A stretch of DNA of 38,953 bases from a virus. The stretch lies in IMG/VR virus record IMGVR_UViG_3300045988_176666, one strand, 5' to 3'. Shown here one piece after another: positions 9,692-16,813 of this stretch. The translations under genes were made by a program, and so were the position numbers. A model generated the notes under the pieces. It saw only the letters and a list, made by a program, of their open reading frames with translations, made no database searches and was not told the DNA's origin. Within the stretch, counting starts at the first letter, position 1; each line of letters begins with the position of its first letter.

Positions 9692-10561
9692 TTGGGTTAT
9701 CAACTTGTGACTGACCGCGACGCAAAGAATTTCACTCTGGGCTCGCAGGTGCCAGCAGTCTTTGGCTACCCCCGCGTGATTACAAACATCACGCTCCACT
9801 GGTGGGGTAAGCCGGAGTGGAAGCAAACCTGGGAGCAAGTCATGAACTTTTTCTGCGACTCGCCCAGCGTGAGCACAAGCGCCCACGAAGTTATCTCAGA
9901 CGGCATCGTCGGTTTGATCGTTGACCATTCCGCCGCCGCCTGGGCTAACGGGAATAGCCAAGGGAACGCCCAGAGCATCACCTTAGAATGCAACCCGCGC
10001 ATGAGCGCGGGAGATATGGGGACGGTCGCAGCCAGAATCGCCGATATATGGCGAGAGCAGGGAAAAATCCTGCCCCTGACCGAGCATCGAGACTGGTTCG
10101 CTACCGAATGCCCAGGAACATATTCCAAAGCGGAAATGACTAGGCAGGCGATGCTCGCCTACAAGGGTGTCGCAGCAGAAATCCAAACAGCAATCAATGA
10201 AGGGGGTCTATCGGTGGCAGACATCGAGACCATTAACAAGAAACTGGATTCCATCGCCCAAGGTATCCAGTACATCATTTCGTACTCGCAGCCTGGACGC
10301 GACGGCATCAACGTTGACTCCACAACCGCAAACTGGCTCCGCAATAGCGCCCGCGCCGCCGAGAGCTGGGCATACGGTGTCAATGGCGTCTCGCATCAGG
10401 GACAGCTAAACAAAGAGTTCCAAGACCTGCGCGCTAAGGTTGATGCTCTCGTAGCCCGCCCAGTCGCCCAGCCTACGCAGGTGAACATCCAGGCAGACGA
10501 TCTTCGAGGCATCATCCGCGAGGAACTATCCAACATCCGTTTGAAGGGAGAGACTGCATAA
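9692..10561 (+). CDS. Endolysin, N-acetylmuramoyl-L-alanine amidase (Amidase_2/PGRP type) with C-terminal putative wall-binding region
   Basis: 289 aa, TTG start 5 nt after aaggagg. Amidase_2 landmarks: ITLHWWG, SAHEVISDG, ITLECN, HRDWFATECPG. Confidence 0.85.
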   Translation: MGYQLVTDRDAKNFTLGSQVPAVFGYPRVITNITLHWWGKPEWKQTWEQVMNFFCDSPSVSTSAHEVISDGIVGLIVDHSAAAWANGNSQGNAQSITLECNPRMSAGDMGTVAARIADIWREQGKILPLTEHRDWFATECPGTYSKAEMTRQAMLAYKGVAAEIQTAINEGGLSVADIETINKKLDSIAQGIQYIISYSQPGRDGINVDSTTANWLRNSARAAESWAYGVNGVSHQGQLNKEFQDLRAKVDALVARPVAQPTQVNIQADDLRGIIREELSNIRLKGETA

Positions 10562-10562
10562 A

Positions 10563-11099
10563 ATGGCAGAGAACACTACTAATGAGACCCGATTCGTGGG
10601 TAATGTAACCAAATCGACCACCGGCGCAACACTGTTCGCCGGGTCGATCCTAACAATCGTAAATTATGGGCTCGCCCAGGCAGGAATCACCATCCCTGCT
10701 GAGGTGCAGACCGCCGCCGTTACGGTAATTCTCGGCCTGGTCGTGCTCATCACCGGCCGCAACACACGCGGCGAAAAAGCACACCTAGAAGGCGCTATCC
10801 AAGGCGAAACCGCCGCAGCCCTAGCAAACCTCGACCTGTACGAAGTCCTGGAGGCTATCGCCGATGGTGTGGCCGCCGATGCGCGAAACGCAGCCCCGCA
10901 TGAGGCAGACGGCCGCGCCGCCTTCGAGGAATACCGCAACACCGGAGCAGTACAGCCCACGCAGCCCGTGGAGGAACCAGAGGCCCCGTATGATATGACC
11001 GGCGGCCACGTATACCATTTCGGAGACCCCGGCGCACCTGAGGGCGGCTCCGAAGGCCAGGTATACGACCCCGCCCAGGGATGGGTAACCGCATCCTAA
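10563..11099 (+). CDS. Putative holin (two TM helices, long acidic C-terminal tail)
   Basis: 178 aa, starting 1 nt after the endolysin stop. TM segments LFAGSILTIVNYGLAQAGI and TAAVTVILGLVVLITG. Confidence 0.55.
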   Translation: MAENTTNETRFVGNVTKSTTGATLFAGSILTIVNYGLAQAGITIPAEVQTAAVTVILGLVVLITGRNTRGEKAHLEGAIQGETAAALANLDLYEVLEAIADGVAADARNAAPHEADGRAAFEEYRNTGAVQPTQPVEEPEAPYDMTGGHVYHFGDPGAPEGGSEGQVYDPAQGWVTAS

Positions 11100-11115
11100 A
11101 ATTTTGGGCATAAAA

Positions 11116-11162
11116 AATGCTCCCGATCCGCTAAAGCTGACAGGCAGCGGATCGGGAGCATT
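11116..11162. terminator. 17-bp perfect stem-loop; the T-run lies on the minus-strand side (terminates leftward int/xis transcripts and may also stop rightward lysis transcripts)
   Basis: aatgctcccgatccgct / agcggatcgggagcatt with a 13-nt loop. aaaaaa at 11112-11117 becomes TTTTTT after the stem on the minus strand. Confidence 0.6.
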
Positions 11163-11219
11163 GAGCGCCACTGAATTACCAGAGTTATATACTTTGTTGA
11201 TAATTACCCAACAAGAATA

Positions 11220-11262
11220 CCCCCGCATCCTTGAATGTCAAGGACGCGGGGGACTTTTTCTT
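11220..11262 (+). terminator. Stem-loop plus T-run terminating rightward (late/lysis) transcription
   Basis: cccccgcatccttga-atg-tcaaggacgcggggg (15-bp stem, 1 mismatch) followed by actttttctt. Confidence 0.55.
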
Positions 11263-11488
11263 ATACCTCTTGACTCTCTTTAAATTTCTTTGATTTGCGG
11301 GCACCACCATGTTTTGGCCGCGCCTCATACCATTCCAGAATTTGCCCTTGAGTCCAGGCCGGGCGATTATCAACGATGATCGTAGCCTTGGGTAGTGGGT
11401 GTTTTTCTGCGATGCGGCGAATTGTGTACGGGGCTATGTCTAGAAAATTTTCTGCCCCTCGTGTCGTATAGAACGGCCCTAGCGTCAT
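11261..11488 (-). CDS. Excisionase-like DNA-binding protein (MerR/HTH_17 type), candidate recombination directionality factor
   Basis: 75 aa: FYTTRGAENFLDIAPYTIRRIAEKHPLPKATIIVDNRPAWTQGQILEWYE. Same transcription unit as int; ATGA overlap with the upstream gene. Confidence 0.55.
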   Translation of the reverse strand: MTLGPFYTTRGAENFLDIAPYTIRRIAEKHPLPKATIIVDNRPAWTQGQILEWYEARPKHGGARKSKKFKESQEV

Positions 11489-11775
11489 TTCCCCTCCAAA
11501 CTTTTATTTTCATCCAGAACAACGAAGACTGCCCGCGCACCCTGGACGTGCGCCTGTTGCTCTATCCTGCTATCATCCTGAGATGCTGCGTAATGCTTGA
11601 GGCAGTCGTAAATTGACCGGCCGACCGCCATAGTCTCCCCCTCATTATTGCGGGCGATCCATCGCCGCGTCCGCGAGAAAAAACTGCCCTGCCCCTGCAT
11701 TATTGCCACATGCTCGCCGTCTTTATGGATTTCTATTGCGGAGAGGCCCCGTGAATGAAGTGTATATTTAGTCAT
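11485..11775 (-). CDS. Hypothetical protein (96 aa) between int and the xis-like gene
   Basis: ORF with aaggacaagaaag upstream. No recognisable motif. Confidence 0.5.
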   Translation of the reverse strand: MTKYTLHSRGLSAIEIHKDGEHVAIMQGQGSFFSRTRRWIARNNEGETMAVGRSIYDCLKHYAASQDDSRIEQQAHVQGARAVFVVLDENKSLEGK

Positions 11776-11895
11776 CGTACTACTTTCTTGTCCTTTTTTG
11801 TCCTGTCAGTGCTGTGTCGCCCTGACATAATCAAGTGTAAGACTATCTTACACATGAAAACAAGCTAGAAAACAGTGAAATAAAACACACAAAAA

Positions 11896-12996
11896 CTAGC
11901 CCGCAGCCTCCGCCGCGCTCGCGTCATCCTCACTCTGCAAATGCCCATACGTATCAATCGTAGTTTTAATACTCGAATGCCCCAGCCGCCGAGACACCAC
12001 ATGCATAGGAACACCAGACGTCAGCAACGCCGAAGCATGCGAATGTCTCAAATCATGAATACGCGGCGACTGCACAATCTGAGCATCCTTGAGCGCTCGC
12101 GCCCAGTATTGGTCACGAAATATCCAGTGTGTGACAGGTTCGCCGTTTGGGAGTGTGAAGAGCCAATCGCCAGGTTTGCCAGGTTGTATTTCACTGCGTA
12201 GGAGCGTGGACTGTTTGACGGATAGTGTGACGATCCGCCGTGATTGTTTGGTCTTGGGAACGCCGAGGTACATTGACTCTTTTTTGCCTGTGTTCTTCCA
12301 GGCGCGCCGCACGTGCAGCTGTATACGGCCGCTTTCATCGACGCTGATGTCACTGAATCGCAGAGCCGTAGCTTCACCGAACCGCAGACCACCATAGGCG
12401 AGTACGCGCATGAGGCCGCGCAGTCTCTCAGGTGTGCAGGCAATGAGTCTATCCACTTCCACACGGGGGATAAAGACAGGTTCGATTCCGTTGTTTTCGT
12501 CTCGTGCTTTGGGTGGCGTGACTCCGTATGCGACGTTACGCATGATGACACCATCGCGCACGGCCGTGTTGAGTGAGGATGAGAGCACGGCATGGATATT
12601 TTTTGCTGTTTTAGGTGCAACAGGGAGCGAGTTTATCCAGGTGACGACATCGGCGCGGGTGAGCTCTCGTGCAGTAATTTTGCCTAGAGCGGGGATGATA
12701 TGGCGATCTGCCATAGCCCTGTTCTTAGCGAGGGTGGTTGCCTCTACACCGTCGAGTTGGATAAGGTGCGCGGTGATAAGGTCAGCTATGGTGGCTTCTG
12801 CAGATATAAGAGCTTCGCGTTCCATGACGACAGCAGCCAAGTTGTGGTTGTGCCTTTCCAGGTCTGCCATGAGCTCTCGTGCGGCCGCCTCTGTATCAAC
12901 AGTGTGGGATTTCTGACATCGTGTTTTTGGGTCCCTCCATTTGACGCAGAAACGCTTCTGGCCACCTTTTGTATACCTAATTTGTAACGACGCCAT
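11896..12996 (-). CDS. int: Tyrosine integrase
   Basis: 366 aa. Catalytic landmarks GLRFGEATALR, HDLRHSHAS and LGHSSIKTTIDTYGH, plus an N-terminal SAM-like core-binding domain. attP-like architecture lies immediately upstream. Confidence 0.95.
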   Translation of the reverse strand: MASLQIRYTKGGQKRFCVKWRDPKTRCQKSHTVDTEAAARELMADLERHNHNLAAVVMEREALISAEATIADLITAHLIQLDGVEATTLAKNRAMADRHIIPALGKITARELTRADVVTWINSLPVAPKTAKNIHAVLSSSLNTAVRDGVIMRNVAYGVTPPKARDENNGIEPVFIPRVEVDRLIACTPERLRGLMRVLAYGGLRFGEATALRFSDISVDESGRIQLHVRRAWKNTGKKESMYLGVPKTKQSRRIVTLSVKQSTLLRSEIQPGKPGDWLFTLPNGEPVTHWIFRDQYWARALKDAQIVQSPRIHDLRHSHASALLTSGVPMHVVSRRLGHSSIKTTIDTYGHLQSEDDASAAEAAG

Positions 12997-13023
12997 GCTA
13001 AAAATCCCCCTAGACCCTGCCCC

Positions 13024-13043
13024 GTATCAACACCGTATCAACA
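13024..13043. promoter_or_regulatory. Two direct copies of GTATCAACA (13024-13032, 13035-13043): candidate integrase arm-type (or repressor half-) sites
   Basis: ccgtatcaaca-ccgtatcaaca tandem, 28-47 nt upstream of the int start codon. Confidence 0.45.
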
Positions 13044-13045
13044 CG

Positions 13046-13078
13046 CATAAGAAAAACCCTTGAAATATCAAGGGTTTT
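13046..13078 (-). terminator. Intrinsic terminator placed directly after the tRNA 3'-end mimic (minus-strand sense)
   Basis: On the minus strand: AAAACCCTTGA-TATT-TCAAGGGTTTT followed by TCTT. Perfect 11-bp stem (13053-13063 / 13068-13078). Confidence 0.55.
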
Positions 13079-13080
13079 AG

Positions 13081-13102
13081 AGTGGAGATAAGGGGACTCG
13101 AA
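13081..13102 (-). other. attP core candidate: tRNA 3'-end mimic (T-loop, T-stem 3' strand, acceptor 3' strand)
   Basis: The minus strand reads TTCGAGT-CCCCT-TATCTCC-A, i.e. T-loop, 5-nt T-stem strand, 7-nt acceptor strand and discriminator. The upstream sequence does not pair as a T-stem, so it is only a fragment. Confidence 0.5.
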
Positions 13103-13186
13103 AACTTGAGTTACCCTTTCTCTTGCCCAAAAACCCTGATAAATAAGGGAACACGACTTCACAATCAGCCGCGCTCACGCTTGATG

Positions 13187-13203
13187 TGTTGATACCATCA
13201 ACA
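13187..13203. promoter_or_regulatory. Inverted pair TGTTGATAC-C-ATCAACA: third and fourth copies of the GTATCAACA-type site on the other side of the core
   Basis: TGTTGATAC (13187-13195) is the reverse complement of GTATCAACA; it is followed by catcaaca. Confidence 0.4.
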
Positions 13204-13379
13204 GGCCATTTTTCTACCACTGTAACAAACTGTAACGTACTCAAATTTACTCCAATTTCTTAAAAATGTCAGGGGATGCAAAAAATCCGCCCCGGAAATC
13301 TCCGTGCGGACAGCGGGTGCGGGCTCGGCGGTGAGCCTGATATTTAGTTATGGGGTGAGTGATAGATACCCGCGCTAGG

Positions 13380-13682
13380 CTATATCTCGTTTTCGATGAT
13401 CGCGTTAGCCTGCACCTCAGCTATGGCGGCATTAGTCTTAGCCTCTGCCACTCTGATAATGGTTGTTGGGTCCACCTCTATAGCTTTGCAGATGAGGTCG
13501 AGCTCCAGCACTGTGATTGGCTTCTGGCCCCTGTAGATAGCTCGGCTTATCTTATCCTTGTTGATTCCGGTAATCTCCTCCAGCTCCCGCGTGGTGTACC
13601 CACACTCGTGAATCCAATTCTTTAACTCTTCGTGAAGAAAAACTGTAAAAAGTTTTGCCTGGTCAGCTATATTTTCTAACAT
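13380..13682 (-). CDS. CI-like repressor, XRE-family HTH, no peptidase S24 domain
   Basis: The track ORF was trimmed to the Met at 13682 (MLENIADQ..., 100 aa). HTH is YTTRELEEITGINKDKISRAIYRGQ. It is divergent from a second HTH gene, with palindromic operators in between. Confidence 0.7.
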   Translation of the reverse strand: MLENIADQAKLFTVFLHEELKNWIHECGYTTRELEEITGINKDKISRAIYRGQKPITVLELDLICKAIEVDPTTIIRVAEAKTNAAIAEVQANAIIENEI

Positions 13683-13690
13683 GGTACATA

Positions 13691-13710
13691 CCGTATCAGA
13701 GATGATACGG
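13691..13710. promoter_or_regulatory. Operator O1: ccGTATCA-gaga-TGATACgg
   Basis: Perfect 8+8 inverted repeat with a 4-nt spacer in the cI/cro intergenic region. Confidence 0.65.
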
Positions 13711-13722
13711 AGATGCAACGAC

Positions 13723-13752
13723 TTGACATGTATCATTTTTGATACATAGAAT
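13723..13752 (+). promoter_or_regulatory. Rightward early promoter candidate: TTGACA-N18-TAGAAT
   Basis: TTGACA at 13723-13728 and TAGAAT at 13747-13752. Operator O2 fills the spacer. RBS aagagg and the ATG at 13782 lie downstream. Confidence 0.5.
13728..13747. promoter_or_regulatory. Operator O2: atGTATCA-tttt-TGATACat
   Basis: Perfect 8+8 inverted repeat with a 4-nt spacer, overlapping the -35/-10 spacer of the rightward promoter. Confidence 0.65.
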
Positions 13753-13781
13753 TGTTTCATCACGAAAGAAAAGAGGTGAAA

Positions 13782-14060
13782 ATGGACCAAAACTTGCGCA
13801 TCGCAGAAAACATTAAATTAGCGATGATCCGCTCACGTCTCACAATGGGAGAGCTTGAGTCATTTATGCGACTAGAGCTAGGAATTAACCGCAATCGCAC
13901 TAGTGGCATAGCAAATGCGAGGGTATCCGCAACGTCAGAGGAAATCTACGCAATTGCAAAGTTTTTTGAAACTACTGTGGAATGGATGCAGGCAGAGCAC
14001 CTAGCAGAAATCCCCGCCCAAAGAGATACACTGTCTCGCGGAAATCTACAAGCAGTATAA
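13782..14060 (+). CDS. Cro-like XRE-family HTH regulator
   Basis: The track ORF was trimmed to the ATG at 13782 (RBS aagaggtg). 92 aa: IKLAMIRSRLTMGELESFMRLELGINRNRTSGIANAR. First gene of the rightward operon. Confidence 0.65.
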   Translation: MDQNLRIAENIKLAMIRSRLTMGELESFMRLELGINRNRTSGIANARVSATSEEIYAIAKFFETTVEWMQAEHLAEIPAQRDTLSRGNLQAV

Positions 14061-14077
14061 AAATATCAAACCTTAAA

Positions 14078-14097
14078 CTGTAGCTAGAATGATACAG
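14078..14097. promoter_or_regulatory. Degenerate operator-like site O4: ctGTAgCt-agaa-TGATACag
   Basis: Same 20-nt geometry and the same ct..ag flanks as the remote site at 22349. Two mismatches in the left half-site. Lies between the cro-like stop and the next gene. Confidence 0.35.
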
Positions 14098-14123
14098 ACT
14101 AAGAATCAGGAAAGAAAAGAGTA

Positions 14124-14336
14124 ATGAAGAACACGCGCATTGAGAATATTCTCGAAGCCGTCGACGAAGCCGCCAAGGAAGCAAAACAAGTTCTCGCTGT
14201 ACATCACGCAGTACACACCATCAAGGATTCGCCGCTCGCCGCCGAAACGAAAGAGAACATCCTGGATATGTTGCTAATCGACATGCACGAAACCAGTAAG
14301 CGTGCAGCCGCAGCAACCGCAAACCAAATAAAGTAA
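14124..14336 (+). CDS. Hypothetical early protein (70 aa)
   Basis: ORF with aggaaagaaaagag upstream. Confidence 0.5.
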   Translation: MKNTRIENILEAVDEAAKEAKQVLAVHHAVHTIKDSPLAAETKENILDMLLIDMHETSKRAAAATANQIK

Positions 14337-14363
14337 CCATCCACGAAAGATTAGGACAAGACG

Positions 14364-14603
14364 ATGGAAAACCGCTCAAAAGCAGCAATCACCCTCAACG
14401 GCAACCTGCCCAGCCGCATCAACAATCTACACCAAACCGTCAGATTCCACGATAAACAAATCGAAGACCTTCTCTTCGCCCTAGACGCAACACCAAACAA
14501 GGACACACGAGACCTCCTCACACGAGACATCATCCAAAAGGCAAAACTCCTCACCGAAGAACTTCAACGCCAAATCGACGTGCTGGAGGGAGACAACCAG
14601 TGA
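14364..14603 (+). CDS. Hypothetical early protein (79 aa)
   Basis: ORF whose stop overlaps the next start (GTGA). Confidence 0.5.
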   Translation: MENRSKAAITLNGNLPSRINNLHQTVRFHDKQIEDLLFALDATPNKDTRDLLTRDIIQKAKLLTEELQRQIDVLEGDNQ

Positions 14604-14998
14604 GCACTCCAGCAGTCGAAGAATTCCTCAAAGAACAAGCCGTGATCATGTTTCGACTAGAACACGAGCGGCTAAAAAAAGAAGGATTCGCCGTCGCCTA
14701 CACATTCATCGAGCTAAGCAGCGACGAAACCCTGGGACTAGAGGAAGTAACACCGCTCGCAGAAGGCACAGGAAAAAGTTTCTCAACATCAACCATCCTC
14801 GAAAAGAGAGACTACAAAATAACCCTATCCGCCCTCAAAAAAATAGGTGCAAACTACAGCATCGAAAAAGCTAGTGACTACTCCGAAGAATACCTCCAGA
14901 AAATCTACCTGGAAGCATCACTCAAAAACGCCGCCGCCACAGCAGCCGTCGACGAAGCCCTAGACAAGGTACTAGGCGGCAAAAAGGACAAGAAATGA
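14600..14998 (+). CDS. Hypothetical early protein (132 aa)
   Basis: GTG start overlapping the upstream stop; its own stop overlaps the next ATG (ATGA). Confidence 0.5.
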   Translation: MSTPAVEEFLKEQAVIMFRLEHERLKKEGFAVAYTFIELSSDETLGLEEVTPLAEGTGKSFSTSTILEKRDYKITLSALKKIGANYSIEKASDYSEEYLQKIYLEASLKNAAATAAVDEALDKVLGGKKDKK

Positions 14999-15192
14999 AA
15001 AACACGCACCTCGCGCTCGCAGCATTCGCAATATCCATCATCTGCGCCGCAGGAGCCGCCTACTCAGCAATCATCAACGGCATCTATTACCCAAACGGCG
15101 CAACACTCGGATGCGTCACCGCAGCCCTCACAGGCGGGTATCTCTGGTATCACAACGACCAACCAGAACAGGAAGACACCACCAATGAATGA
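14995..15192 (+). CDS. Small membrane protein (65 aa, two TM helices)
   Basis: LALAAFAISIICAAGAAYSAII and TLGCVTAALTGGYLWY. Confidence 0.5.
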   Translation: MKNTHLALAAFAISIICAAGAAYSAIINGIYYPNGATLGCVTAALTGGYLWYHNDQPEQEDTTNE

Positions 15193-15280
15193 CCCCGCAG
15201 AACTTGCCTCATACTGGGCAACTATATTCGCCGCCCTAATCTTCATCGTCGCAATAATCATACTAGGACAAAACAAATGA
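15185..15280 (+). CDS. Possible 31-aa single-TM peptide
   Basis: MNDPAELASYWATIFAALIFIVAIIILGQNK. Not in the ORF track (too short). It overlaps the upstream stop, and its TGA overlaps the next ATG. Confidence 0.3.
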   Translation: MNDPAELASYWATIFAALIFIVAIIILGQNK

Positions 15281-15504
15281 GCACCGTAGACACACTCCAA
15301 TTCATCCTCATAGGCATCTGCATAGGCTGCATCGCAGTACTAGGCACAATCGCAATCGTGACCACAGGAGCAAGAGAACCCCAAGACGAACACCTAAACG
15401 CCGTAAAACTCGGATACTACGCCGCATACCCAGCCCCCACACCCGCACCAAGCCAAGAGGAAACCGAAGCCCTCCTCGACAAACTCTTCAAGGACAAGAA
15501 ATGA
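15277..15504 (+). CDS. Small membrane protein (75 aa, one TM helix)
   Basis: LQFILIGICIGCIAVLGTIAIVTTG. Confidence 0.5.
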   Translation: MSTVDTLQFILIGICIGCIAVLGTIAIVTTGAREPQDEHLNAVKLGYYAAYPAPTPAPSQEETEALLDKLFKDKK

Positions 15505-15827
15505 GCAACTACAAACACCGGTGGAAACACATGTACAGCCACCTCCCCCACCCCTCAACGCTCAAACAAAAAACCCTCACGCCACAAGAAGTCGCTGCGC
15601 TCGCTGGAGTCCAAGCCACAACAGTAACGGGTGGGTATATGAACCGCCCCGTCTCAGCCCTCAAACCAGATGCTTACAGTGAAGACGCAGATCGGACGCA
15701 GAACCAGGTGTACTTCACCGAAGCCACAGTGCAGCAATTCCTAGCGAAAAAGAAAGTTCGAGAAACCAACGCACGAAAAGCATTCCAGAACGACGAAGGA
15801 TACCGTAAACACGGCATCTACGCTTAG
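15501..15827 (+). CDS. Putative HTH DNA-binding protein (108 aa)
   Basis: LTPQEVAALAGVQATTVTGGYM resembles excisionase/HTH_17-type helices. ATGA coupling. Confidence 0.4.
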   Translation: MSNYKHRWKHMYSHLPHPSTLKQKTLTPQEVAALAGVQATTVTGGYMNRPVSALKPDAYSEDADRTQNQVYFTEATVQQFLAKKKVRETNARKAFQNDEGYRKHGIYA

Positions 15828-15843
15828 CAGAAAGATAGGGATC

Positions 15844-16269
15844 ATGACAGACGAAAACAAGAATGAGGAAAAGAACGGCTTCGAGCAACTAGCCGCCTTC
15901 TTCGGCGAAGCAGTCACCGCAATTGTAGATAATATCTCAGAGAATTTCCGAGAAATCTACGAAGAGGTCAGCAAAGAATATTCGCTCCAGCGCAAAGTAA
16001 GAAACAAGGAGAAAGCCGAAGAAAACGGCGAAACCCTAGAGAAGATCGCCCTCTACAACGAAGAGGAAAACCTACACCTCAAGCTCTCCATATACCGCAA
16101 CAAAACAACCGGAGAAATCCGAGACATATACACCGTACTCCAGGCCAAAGAAGACTACGACATCGACAACGAACTAGATTTCAGAGCCGGATTCCCCATC
16201 ACCACAACAGAAATCCAAACACGCTGCCCAGAATGCGGCGAACACAACACGAAAGGCCACCAACAATGA
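15844..16269 (+). CDS. Acidic hypothetical protein (141 aa) with C-terminal CPECG knuckle
   Basis: Glu/Asp-rich throughout; ends ...TRCPECGEHNTKGHQQ. Confidence 0.5.
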   Translation: MTDENKNEEKNGFEQLAAFFGEAVTAIVDNISENFREIYEEVSKEYSLQRKVRNKEKAEENGETLEKIALYNEEENLHLKLSIYRNKTTGEIRDIYTVLQAKEDYDIDNELDFRAGFPITTTEIQTRCPECGEHNTKGHQQ

Positions 16270-16541
16270 AACTCGGAGAACGCATCTACACCCCTGAGGA
16301 AGCATCACAAGCCCTCGGCGGAATGTACGCAGCCTCCACACTGAAAAACATGGCCACACGCGGCGAAATCGCCCATCTAGGCGGAATCAACGGCAAAACA
16401 CGCCAAAAAATCCGATTCGCACAATCCCACCTAGAACAATTCCTCGAAACCATCGAACAACCAGCCCAAACCCACGCCGCCCGCACAACCGCCAAAATCA
16501 CCGAAAAAACCCTCAAAGAAAAACTGAGACAACACTACTAG
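16266..16541 (+). CDS. Excisionase-family (HTH_17-like) DNA-binding protein
   Basis: The track ORF was trimmed to the ATG at 16266 (ATGA overlap). MKLGERIYTPEEASQALGGMYAASTLKNMATRGEIAHLGG...IRFAQSHLEQFLE. Confidence 0.5.
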   Translation: MKLGERIYTPEEASQALGGMYAASTLKNMATRGEIAHLGGINGKTRQKIRFAQSHLEQFLETIEQPAQTHAARTTAKITEKTLKEKLRQHY

Positions 16542-16552
16542 GAGCCGCCACT

Positions 16553-16813
16553 ATGGCAACCACACTAGAAAAAGTAACCATCGAAAAACTAAACCCCGAA
16601 ACAGGAGCCACCCAAGAAACCCTAGAAACCTACTTCGCCTACGACAAAGGCAACCACACCCAACGAGAACGCCGCCTCTGCTACTGCGTCATCGAAGCCA
16701 TAAGCACCATAACACCACTAGAAGTACACCCCGTCGCAGGCACCGTCGAAAGGATCAACGCATCAACCAAAAACACCCTCATAGCAACCTTCACATCCCA
16801 AACATGGGGATAA
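16553..16813 (+). CDS. Hypothetical early protein (86 aa)
   Basis: ORF with aggag upstream. Confidence 0.5.
   Translation: MATTLEKVTIEKLNPETGATQETLETYFAYDKGNHTQRERRLCYCVIEAISTITPLEVHPVAGTVERINASTKNTLIATFTSQTWG

Noticed and set aside
11261-11775. The 96-aa plus 75-aa HTH gene pair as a HigB/HigA-like toxin-antitoxin module
   Set aside because: The HTH protein is of the excisionase/MerR type rather than the XRE antitoxin type. The 96-aa protein shows no RelE/HigB-like motifs, and the pair is co-transcribed with int, which fits an RDF role better.
13359-13625. 88-aa + strand ORF near attP
   Set aside because: It lies antisense to the CI-like repressor gene, which has a clear HTH and operator context.
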